From Octopus sinensis (taxonomy: Eukaryota), in contig NC_043002.1 of NCBI RefSeq assembly GCF_006345805.1, forward strand, positions 113,584,001-113,648,000: a DNA stretch of 64,000 nt, read 5' to 3'. The translations under genes were made by a program, and so were the position numbers. The notes beneath the pieces were generated by a model, which worked only from the letters and a program-made list of their open reading frames with translations, made no database searches and was not told the origin of the DNA. Positions 25,627 to 35,511 of this stretch are shown one piece after another. Positions within the stretch are counted from its first letter, which is position 1. The number at the start of each line of letters is the position of its first letter.

Positions 25627-28547
25627 TCACTCGCTCCCGCACCCGAAACTGGTTTCATAATCAGCCAGCCAGGGAGGAGGGTGCCGCTCCCTCTGTGGTC
25701 GCTGCGCGACCCTAGGACTTGTTTCTGGTGTGTTGCTGTCGACCTCGTCATCCTGTCGGTTGTTTTCGTCCTGCCCACTGTTGCTTGTCCCATCCTCTGG
25801 GGCATGGACAATCCTCCGTATGTCCAAAACGTGGCGTGGCATACCATCGATGGAGATGTTATTCTTCGAACTTACGGAGGTTATTGTCCCCTTTCCCCAT
25901 TGCGATGTACACCGTGCGTTTGGGGGTTTTACCCAGACTTCCTCCCCAACCCGCACGAAGGCGTGCTCTTCCTCTGCCCCGGGTTGCATTGATTTAGTAC
26001 ACGGATGCCTCCACTCGTACCTGAATATTGCTCTGTGTGGCACCGATTCCTCAGCCTGTCCGGATCGGGGAGACAAGTTGTACCAAAAAACTGCTTCAAG
26101 CGGCGAAATGTGCCCTCTTTCCGCTATGGCCTTGACTGTCCGATGGTGCCTCTCCACGATCCCGTTACCGCCCGGCCTATACGCTGCTCTGAACAAGCGT
26201 CGCACGTTCCACCGATCAAGCATAGCCCTCAGTGCTTCCGAACGAAATGCCGCCCCGTTGTCCATCAGTAGTTCTTCCACGGGACCTCTCTCTAAAAATA
26301 TCCCGTTCAGGATCTGCACGATCTCGTCAGCAATGCCCGATCTCAACTCCCTCCAAATGGCCAGCCGGCCCGGCCCACAGTCGACCATGGAGAGGTACAT
26401 TCGCTGACGGTAGTGTGTCACATCCACAGCTAGCCTTTTCCAGTTCTGCTCCACGGAAAGGCTTCCCTGTTCATGCCCACACGGAGCAGGGTCGATGGAC
26501 TGACACCTGTCGCAGCTCCCGACCACCTTCCGGACGCTTCTCCTGGTCACGTCAGCATCAATCTTTTTTGCCAGATACAGGGTCCTGTCCACACCCAGGT
26601 GATGCATAGCGTGCAATTTCTTCAGCTCGGAGTCATCCAACCGACACGCCGCAGCTATCCCTCTCCGCGCCTCCTCCGGTTCTTCCAACCACGCCCTTTT
26701 CACCCTGGTCAGTACGTCCGCCTTGTTTTTCTCCGAAGGCACGAAGACCACGTTCAGCTTGAGTCCGAATTCGGCGATCAGTTCACCTAGAACTCCTAGA
26801 CGGCGCTTCACTAACATCTCCGCAGCACCTTTCGTCCGCACTCTCCTGTCACCGGTGATCACTGATCCTACCCAGGCAAGCACAGTGGCCGAATCCGTCC
26901 GCATTTCAATCGTGCGCAGCCCCCATTTCAAGGCCAAGTTCACCCCTTTCAGCAGCGCGTCTAGTTCGGCGACATTGATGTGGTTGAAATCATCTGCTTT
27001 CCGAAGCCAGGACGCGTCCTCCACCGCAGTGCCTTCGATTGCCAACACCACCCCTATCGCTATACTGCTAGCATCACACCAGACAGTCCCGCATTTCGTC
27101 CTGGGCACGTACCAGTTCCCCCTGACCGAGTCTTCCGCTCTTGTCCTCTCTAGGATCTCCTGCATCATCGCCACCGTCCCTTCTCCCACCTTGTCGCCCC
27201 ACCTCTCTCCTTCTGCTCATCTCTTGGTGTAACTACACGCCGTGCGCAGCCATCCAGCGATCGGGTAGTGACCGACCAACTTCCCACACACCGAGAACAG
27301 CTCTCTCCTGCTGACGCTGGAACTCAGCTCTGGGATTTCATTTCCTCTCCGGAACACCAATTCACCTGATCTATCTCTTCGCAGCTTCAGCCCCAGCGCG
27401 GCTCCCCCTTCAATCGACTCCGGCGGCTTAGCAATCAGTCCGAACTTCTCCAGATGTCTCACTACCTCGTCGGCTGCCACTACAGTTTCGTCCACCAAAA
27501 TGTCGTCAATGTAGGAGCTGGTGGCCTTTCTAATCTTGCCGTCTTTCCCTAGGACGGACCTAAGCACTGCCGACATGATCTTCGGAGCAGAATTCAGCCC
27601 GAAACCCAGCCTGGTTAGACAGTACGTCCGGCCCTTGTACCGCACCAGCTGATATCGCCATAGTTTGTCGCTCACATGGAGCTGCAAGTATGCCGATCTC
27701 AAGTCGACAATCGTCGCTGCCTCAGTCGACTGTCTCCACTTGCGTAATGCCTCACCACAAACGTCTGTCGCCTCACCTCCCGTGTGACACGATATGTGCT
27801 GGTTTAACTCCCTGAAGTCCAGCACCGGTCTGACTTTTCCCTTCGTAGGCTGCACCACCGCCATCAGGGGTAGCACTCCGCCCGCTACCTCCTCCTTCCA
27901 AGGGACAAGGATCCCTTCCTCGATCCACCTCTCCACCTCGTCTTCAACTCAACCCTGGCGTGGCCTTTCAGAGTATGCTGGTAACAGCTCACCCTGTTCT
28001 CCAGTGTCGGGGGCTCGTCCTTCCATTTCCACTCTATCGTCCACCGCTGACCATCGAACGCCGCCTGAAAGTCCTTGTCCTCGATGGTGTAAGCGGCGCC
28101 GTCCCTCGCGGGGCTCTGCTCCCTCTGGTGATCCTGACTCACAGTGCACGACGCCCCCACGCTTCCGAACGTGACCTTATTTCCCACAACGCTGACACCA
28201 CCGAGGCAGTTGATGGCGTCCATCCCCATCACCACATCAACTCCATTTATCACGCGTTCGGCCACAATTGCCTGTAGCCTTAGCATCGCGCCGCGCACCA
28301 CTATCTCCACCGTGCTGCTGCCTCTGCAACGGATTTCGCTGCCGTCGACCGCCCGGACACTACACACCCCGTTCCATTCCTTCGTCGCCCTCGAAGTCAC
28401 CAGGGTGGTCGTACAGCCCGTATCCACAAGGGCCTTGAACGTCTCCCCCTCGGCCTCCACGTCAATCACTGGCAGTGTCTCCAATAGCGCCTCTACTCGT
28501 TTGAGGGGAAAGTTCGAGAGGCAGCAACTTCCCCGCGGTCGTTTCCC
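25627..28547 (-). pseudogene. pol: Gypsy Pol (PR-RT-RNase H-integrase), with a 1-nt deletion near 27946 and an in-frame TGA at 27217-27219
   Basis: Motifs: PR LVDTG; RT YIDD; RH WCDASS/AELDA/TDS; INT HH-CC, AVDVTH, LMDNG, VERHHR. No chromodomain seen. Confidence 0.93.
28489..28547 (-). promoter_or_regulatory. -1 ribosomal frameshift signal: G GGA AAC, 6-nt spacer, predicted H-type pseudoknot
   Basis: The heptamer is in the gag phase, and the -1 frame continues into the protease. S1 GGGGAAGTT/AACTTTCCCC, S2 GCCTCT/AGAGGC. Confidence 0.8.
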
Positions 28548-29257
28548 TGGCCGCAATCACGGGCAATGTGCCCTGTCTGCCTGCATCGATAGCAAACTGG
28601 CCCCAGCTGCGTACAGTCCCGCGCCATGTGCGGTCCCTGGCATTTAAAACATCGTCCTGAGAACGGCCGCTCTCGTTGCACGGTGGGCTTCCGTACCTCT
28701 TTCTCGGGACGTCGTCCGTCTTTACGCGCCTCCGTCACCGCCATCGCTATCCCCTTCCGCCCCGAGTGTCTCGTCAACCCGCGAGCATGAGTTACAAGCT
28801 CGCTCAATGGCATCTTTTTGACCCTGGGCAGTTGTTGTAGGTGAATCCCTACGTCATCGGGGAAGCCATTTACGAATGCCAGTCGGGCTGCTCTCTCCAG
28901 TCCTTCTCCGGCAAACCCGGCCAGAGTCGCTAGCCTTCTAGCTTCCGCCGCAAAATCATCCACCTGGCCTCCCGTCCACCTGATTGCACCCAGCTTAGCG
29001 AAAGCTGTGTACTCGCATTCCGTGTATGCGTCACACAAGCGCCGCTCTATATTCCCATCGCAGAGCCGTTCTTTTTCGTCCATTTCTAGGTAGAGCGACA
29101 ACGCACTTCCTTCCAAATACAGGGCCATAAGACTCGCCACGTCGCTTATGCCCTGCAGTCTCGCCACCAGCCTGATTTTCTGAATCCAGGCCACTACATC
29201 GCCTTCGCCGTTAAAAGGTCTGACGACGTCACTGGCGATCCTAATTTTTGCCGACAT
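28493..29257 (-). CDS. gag: Gypsy Gag (254 aa, MSAKIRIASDVVRPFNGEGDVVAW...), intact
   Basis: Open frame from ATG 29257 to TAG 28493. C-terminal zinc knuckles CFKCQGPHMARDC and CYRCRQTGHIARDC. Confidence 0.93.
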   Translation of the reverse strand: MSAKIRIASDVVRPFNGEGDVVAWIQKIRLVARLQGISDVASLMALYLEGSALSLYLEMDEKERLCDGNIERRLCDAYTECEYTAFAKLGAIRWTGGQVDDFAAEARRLATLAGFAGEGLERAARLAFVNGFPDDVGIHLQQLPRVKKMPLSELVTHARGLTRHSGRKGIAMAVTEARKDGRRPEKEVRKPTVQRERPFSGRCFKCQGPHMARDCTQLGPVCYRCRQTGHIARDCGQGNDRGEVAASRTFPSNE

Positions 29258-29289
29258 TGTGTTGAAAAAAATGTGAACGCTGACTAAAT

Positions 29290-29301
29290 GCCGAAATAGC
29301 T
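29290..29301 (-). other. Candidate primer-binding site AGCTATTTCGGC, complementary to nt 1-12 of tRNA-Phe(GAA)
   Basis: Directly follows the 5' LTR CA and lacks TGG. The + strand reads GCCGAAATAGCT, the 5' end of human/Drosophila tRNA-Phe. Confidence 0.75.
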
Positions 29302-29571
29302 TGTGGTTGATGAAAGGAGCACAACGGAAACAAGGAAATAGGAAACAGAAGTGCAATAAGGTCTTACCTGACAGGGGATGAAGTCGGATGGCCTTCAGCC
29401 AACTTGCTCGCGTGTTGTCGTCTCGGTGCCTTGCTGGGGTCTCTCGCAGCCGGTCGATGCCGCACGTGCGTTGAGTCTGTCGCTTCCGCTTCCGCCGGTG
29501 CATGCACCCTGCAAGACCTGTAAGCATCACTTCCGCTCCCGCCCGTCCCGTCACACTCCTTCATCACCACA
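29302..29571 (-). repeat. 5' LTR
   Basis: 268/270 identical to 25321-25590. Terminal inverted repeat TGTGGT(T)GATG. Confidence 0.97.
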
Positions 29572-29576
29572 CCACA

Positions 29577-29660
29577 CATGTTCCCTCTCAAAGACCTGGT
29601 AAAGAGGATCAACAACTTTGATAGCAGAGCCTTGACAACCATCAATCACATCAGATAGTT
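29577..29660 (+). mobile_element. Degenerate RTE-like LINE fragment, right part
   Basis: Continues 25150-25320 across the CATGT TSD. Confidence 0.65.
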
Positions 29661-29905
29661 AGTTAGTTAGTTAGTTAATTTTTTGGCTCAAAAAGCAAAA
29701 AAAGCAAGGCCATGTAGGGGGACATGGAGTTATGTACAGGGTGGTATACATGTAAAGAGTTCAGGCCACTTGAGGTCAAGGGAGACTTTGAACTGAGCGG
29801 TCATTGGCATCTTCACCATCTCGTCCGGCAGCTTATTTCACGGATCCGCAACCTGGACGGAGAAAGCCCCTCCCCTTCGATAGTACAATCATGTTTCCAA
29901 CAAAG
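29657..29905 (-). mobile_element. CR1-type LINE 3' fragment with (TAAC)n tail
   Basis: Decayed FSV.V...WNKLPDEMV...FK..LD C-terminal motif followed by a tandem tail. Confidence 0.7.
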
Positions 29906-30200
29906 AACTTGATGTGCTTGCACACATCAACCCACAGCCTCCCATCTCATAGCTATCCATCACATATTTCTATATCCATTGCTATACTTACTTATTTACA
30001 CCTTGTCTCTTTATTATCCACATTCCATTTCACCCAATTAAATTTCATTAGACATCTTATAAAACAGACTACAAAAAATATTTAATACAAAACTGATTTT
30101 CATCCCAAATTTACAGCAAATTGTTTTACATTATTGTCTTTATTTTTTCTTTATTTTTTTATTCATGTTATTAACAAAAGTTTTTTTTTTTTACTTGCAG

Positions 30201-30280
30201 GCAGAACATACGCATTGATCATTGTCCCAGTTGTAATGTCCAGCTTATCTGTCTTAGCTTTCTTTGCTCTATACAACTGA
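30201..30280 (+). CDS. Last coding exon (S-RTYALIIVPVVMSSLSVLAFFALYN*), encoding a TM anchor or GPI signal
   Basis: Poly-T + TTGCAG acceptor. Phase 1 matches the previous donor. Hydrophobic tail, then TGA at 30278-30280. Confidence 0.8.
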
Positions 30281-30592
30281 TAGAGCCCACATTCCTTATA
30301 TTCAGAGAACTTAAATTATGGAGTATATGGATCCCAAATTCGAAACTATTGAAGAGAACAAGGAATTTTTTTTTTATATTTTATGCCTGATCACCGGTCA
30401 TCATCATTTGTTATTTTTGAAATGTGTACATATCCACTGAAATGGTTACTGGTCTGAGGTCTACACTGGGTTTATTATCAACAAGTGATAAATGTGGTAT
30501 TAAGAATAGTGGAATAAGTGAAGACAAGGCTATGATAATATTCTAGATGAATGATAAATCTGAGCCAAAGCAGTACCATTTGAGCATATAAG

Positions 30593-30641
<49 letters not shown>

Positions 30642-30659
30642 TATATATAAGAATATATA

Positions 30660-30753
<94 letters not shown>

Positions 30754-31087
30754 ATATATATGTATGTATGTATGTAAGTATATATGTATGTATGTATATA
30801 TATAAATAAATAAATGGAGTTTAAAGCAGGTATAAATGAAATACTTTTACTTTCGACACATGCTTCAAAGATTTCACTGATATTATTCAAAAGAATAAAT
30901 GGTATAAAACAATGCAATCTTCTCTTCGGGAAAGTGAAAAAAACGAAAAACTCATCAATAAGACATTTTAACAAAAAATGATGGATATGTGGATATGCAT
31001 AGTGATTTACTGAACACTGTTAATATTGTTTGAAGAAACATTATATTTTTACCGTGTTAATTGTTAACAAGGCAAAAAAATACACTC

Positions 31088-31120
<33 letters not shown>

Positions 31121-32731
31121 CCGTAAAAACCCATGTAATAATTTATGCACTTCTTTTCATAAATATGAAAATAAACTTTAAAGAGGGTGTAAATTACATG
31201 AGTCGATCATTTCCAGAATTTTTTTTTTGTTGAAAAAGATGTACAAAATATAAGTTGACTCATTTGATGAACTTAGATAAATTGAAGTTGACTTTTATTT
31301 ATGCTGGACGGTGTAATGCTTACTTTTTCTAAAATCATTAAAATCATTAAATGGTTAACTACTTTTTGAAGTCTGACTTACACATTGGCAATCATGGCCG
31401 TGGCCATAATTTGCATATTTTACTTGGATGACTAAAGAGTCGTCCCAACTGATGTTAATAAACTGATTTACAAAACCTGTGCATATTTATCAGCTTTGTT
31501 TTTGTTGTTGACAATTCTTAACAACTTTTCCTGTGTACATACGTCTATGAGTGTATCATCATCATCATCATCATCATTTAGCGTCCGTTTTCCATGCTAG
31601 CATGGGTTGGACGGTTTAACTGGGGTCTGTGAAGCCGGAAGGCTTCATCAGGCCCAGTCAGATTTGGCAGTGTTTCTACGGCTGGATGCCCTTCCTAACG
31701 CCAACCACTCCGCGAGTGTAGTGGGTGTTTTTTACGTGCCACCTGGACAGGTGCCAGACAGAGCTGGCGAACGGCCACGAACGGATGGTGTTTTTACGTG
31801 TCACCGGCACGGGGCCAGGCAATGCTGGCAACGGACACGAACGGATGGTGCTTTTACGTGCCACCGACATGGGGCCAGACAGAGAGAGAAAGAGAAGCAC
31901 ACATGTATATACACATTATATATATATATAATATACCGTAAAAACCCATGTAATAATTTATGCACTTCTTTTCATAAATATGAAAATAAACTTTAAAGAG
32001 GGTGTAAATTACATGAGTCGATCATTTCCAGAATTTTTTTTTTGTTGAAAAAGATGTACAAAATATAAGTTGACTCATTTGATGAACTTAGATAAATTGA
32101 AGTTGACTTTTATTTATGCTGGACGGTGTAATGCTTACTTTTTCTAAAATCATTAAAATCATTAAATGGTTAACTACTTTTTGAAGTCTGACTTACACAT
32201 TGGCAATCATGGCCGTGGCCATAATTTGCATATTTTACTTGGATGACTAAAGAGTCGTCCCAACTGATGTTAATAAACTTGATTTACAAAACCTGTGCAT
32301 ATTTATCAGCTTTGTTTTTGTTGTTGACAATTCTTAACAACTTTTCCTGTGTACATACGTCTATGAGTGTATCATCATCATCATCATCATCATTTAGCGT
32401 CCGTTTTCCATGCTAGCATGGGTTGGACGGTTTAACTGGGGTCTGTGAAGCCGGAAGGCTTCATCAGGCCCAGTCAGATTTGGCAGTGTTTCTACGGCTG
32501 GATGCCCTTCCTAACGCCAACCACTCCGCGAGTGTAGTGGGTGTTTTTTACGTGCCACCTGGACAGGTGCCAGACAGAGCTGGCGAACGGCCACGAACGG
32601 ATGGTGTTTTTACGTGTCACCGGCACGGGGCCAGGCAATGCTGGCAACGGACACGAACGGATGGTGCTTTTACGTGCCACCGACATGGGGCCAGACAGAG
32701 AGAGAAAGAGAAGCACACATGTATATACACA
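31121..32731. repeat. Tandem duplication of about 795 bp (31121-31915 / 31936-32731)
   Basis: Essentially identical, with one 1-nt indel noted. Junctions lie in (TA)n. Confidence 0.92.
31557..31885 (-). mobile_element. RTE 3'-UTR copy (duplicated at 32371-32700)
   Basis: Same module with internal tandem units. Confidence 0.85.
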
Positions 32732-32913
32732 TATATATATATATATACTCGTGTATATAGAAATATATATATATACACACATGTATGTATACATACACAC
32801 ACACACACACATATATACACAAATGTACATTAATGTATAATAGATATACATTTAAAATGTGACCTCATGTGTACCGTTGGCAATTTTTTTTCCTCTGTCT
32901 TTCCTTCTCCTAT

Positions 32914-32948
32914 GTTTCCGATGAAGAGCTCCGCTCGAAACGTTAAGC
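32914..32948 (+). ncRNA. Type I minimal hammerhead-like motif (core CCGATGA) in a probable solo pLTR (about 32870-33045)
   Basis: GTTT CCGATGA A GAGC tcc GCTC GAA ACGT T AAGC. Confidence 0.6.
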
Positions 32949-33049
32949 CCTCCTTCTTCCCTTCTTTCCTGAGCGTCCAATAATACTATATTTGTTCCAC
33001 GTCCTTGCGTTGTTGTGTTTTATTGTGCTTTCTTGTTTGGATTAACTAT

Positions 33050-33095
<46 letters not shown>

Positions 33096-33306
33096 ATATA
33101 TACAGCTATTGTCTGCTCACAATTTGTGAAATAATACTTCAGTTATTTCCAGTTAACCTCACACAGTTACATAGAGACATACAAACACACAGTCTCATAC
33201 AGTTACACATATGCACACACATACACAGATACCAGCAGACAGTGTCATATTTTTCGTTTACATATTTTCATTGGGATGCCAATGTTGAGGGAAGTGGAGG
33301 GTATAA

Positions 33307-33537
33307 GGCGGCGAGCTGGCAGAAACGTTAGCGCGCTGGGCGAAATGCTTAGCGGTATTTCGTCTGCCGTTACGTTGTGAGTTCAAATTCCGCCGAGGTC
33401 GACTTTACCTTTCGTCCTTTCGGGGTCAATAAATTAAGTACCAGCTACGCACTGGGGTCAATGTAATCGACTTAATACCTATGTCTGTCCTTGTTTGTCT
33501 CCTCTATGTTTAGCCCCTTGTGAGCAATAAAGAAATA
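33307..33537 (+). mobile_element. SINE family A
   Basis: Homology to family A. Confidence 0.9.
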
Positions 33538-33828
33538 GGTATAGCAAGTGAGTAAAGTGGACTGACATCTGCCAGTCCACGGAAACAGATTTTATTTATA
33601 TAGAAGACAATGCAAACACTTTGTAATTTATAGCTTTTAATGTGATACCTGTTAAGTAAGTGAAATTATGCTAAATACAACTAAATTGGAAACCTTTTTC
33701 CCCTGGCCATATTGGCAATTCTGAAAACTTTGGGGAGCAAATTTTACATGAGTATAAGCTTTTTTTAACAATTTTTATCCTGAAAATCACCTGCATAAAT
33801 TACAAATGCACATGCTCAATGAAAGGAA

Positions 33829-34220
33829 ATGAGTGGCTGTGTGGTAAGTAGCTTGCTAACCAACCACATGGTTCCAGGTTCAGTCCCACTGCGTGGCACC
33901 TTGGGCGAGTGTCTTCTACTATAGCCCCGGGCTGACCAATGCCTTGTGAGTGGATTTGGTAGACGGAAACTGAAAGAAGCCTGTCATATATATGTATATA
34001 TATGTATGTATGTATGTGTGTGTGTGCCTGTGTTTGTCCCCCTAGCATTGCTTGACAACCGATGCTGGTGTTTACGTCCCCGTCACTTAGCGGTTCGGCA
34101 AAAGAGACCGATAGAATAAGTACTGGGCTTACAAAGAATAAGTCCCGGGGTCGATTTGCTCAACTAAAGGCGGTGCTCCAGCATGGCCACAGTCAAATGA
34201 CTGAAACAAGTAAAAGAGTA
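33829..34220 (+). mobile_element. SINE family B
   Basis: Full length. Confidence 0.92.
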
Positions 34221-34399
34221 ATGTTCAATAAATTAAATAAAATCTTCCATTGGTGAAGTAACTGAAATAAAAACGATACATTACAAAACATTATTCAAAG
34301 GGTACCAGTATTCATGAAAGAATGATTAATCAGAAACAATTTAATTAAAATATCTTTAAAGAAGGTTGTTGTTTAAGGCGGGAACAATGTGAGAAGGTA

Positions 34400-34900
34400 C
34401 AAAGTAAACTACAAAAGAAAAAAAAAAACAGAAAGTTACTGTTTTACCTTGTATTTCTATATTTTGGGATAAAGAGCCCTTCTTCAGGATATTTGGAAAA
34501 AGCAGTAGTTGGAAAGGGGGAGGGGGAAGGTGACATGCACAGTCTGGTGTTGCTTTAGCAGCCAGTCTGCTTTATGTAGTTCCTTCCTGTTGTTCATGGC
34601 TAGAAGGCTTCCATAATTCTGCCAATTGCCCCTGTTGCACTGGGTTACCTTAATGGAACTTTCAAAATCCTGGGTTTGGTACTTCCTAAGGTGTTTCTTT
34701 ATTGAAGTGTTCTTGCTCCTTTATACAGATGTGTAGTTTCCTAGTAGTGCTCCCTGTGTAGGAAGCTCCACATTTACTGCAAACTACTTCGTATACTATA
34801 TAGGTCCTCAAGCATATTTTGAAGTCGTTGGTGAGTACTTTTCCTCGACAGAACTTACCTCAAGGATGAACTAGTATGTACCATCTGTATGTTAAGTACA
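34400..34900 (-). mobile_element. Penelope-like element relic: GIY-YIG fragment plus decayed hammerhead
   Basis: 34820-34686 reads IVYEVVCSKCGASYTGSTTRKLHICIKE. CTGAAGA-A-GGG...CCC motif at 34492-34453. Confidence 0.7.
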
Positions 34901-34926
34901 ATAATTTGAAAAAGCCTTATAACTAA

Positions 34927-35322
34927 CTAGCAGTATCGCCCGGCGTTGCTCGGGTTTGTAAGGGAAATAACTATGTAAGCATTTTTAGAGATGTAAAGTA
35001 TAATAGCCATCTCAATATGGCTAACCACAAAGGGGGAGGTTACTGTAGCTTTTTACGTTCTGAGATTTAATAATAAATTTTTAGAGAGTAACTTCCCTTA
35101 TATATGCCAAAAATGCATTAAAAATGGGAAAAAATTGATGGTAAATTATTTTTAAAATCGTAGACTCATCGTAGACGTGCGCTAATACCCAGAAGGGCTC
35201 GATATGAATCACGACTATAAGATACCCGGTTTTGGTTAAACTGCACCGTAAAATGTGGGAGTAGTTAGGAATCTAAATCGTAGGAGACAGACAGCACACA
35301 ACCTCTCTTTTATATATAAAGA
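34927..35322 (-). mobile_element. Non-autonomous Helitron
   Basis: Same family. Confidence 0.9.
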
Positions 35323-35479
35323 TTACTGGGTTTGCAAAAGTTTTTGCTGTTGTAAGAGATTTTCCAAACCCAAAAGTTGGTTATGAAATTCTGGGGCAAA
35401 GTCAACTACATGAAACCCAAATGGGGATAAGATTTGATATCACTGATTCAACACTGAATTGTCATCAGACGTTTTAATG

Positions 35480-35511
<32 letters not shown>

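Larger units (their letters stand above)
25321..29571 (-). mobile_element. Full-length Ty3/Gypsy LTR retrotransposon (4.25 kb), defective, antisense in the last intron of the + gene
   Basis: Two 270-bp TG...CA LTRs. Domain order gag-PR-RT-RH-INT. PPT present. TSD CATGT at 25316-25320 and 29577-29581. Confidence 0.97.

Noticed and set aside
25681-28647. Plus-strand ORFs antisense to gag-pol
   Set aside because: Shadow ORFs of GC-rich coding sequence, with no motifs.
29258-29554. Open frame through the 5' LTR in frame with gag (353-aa ORF call)
   Set aside because: Probably upstream of or spanning the TSS and GC-rich, so stops are rare. Gag is taken from ATG 29257.
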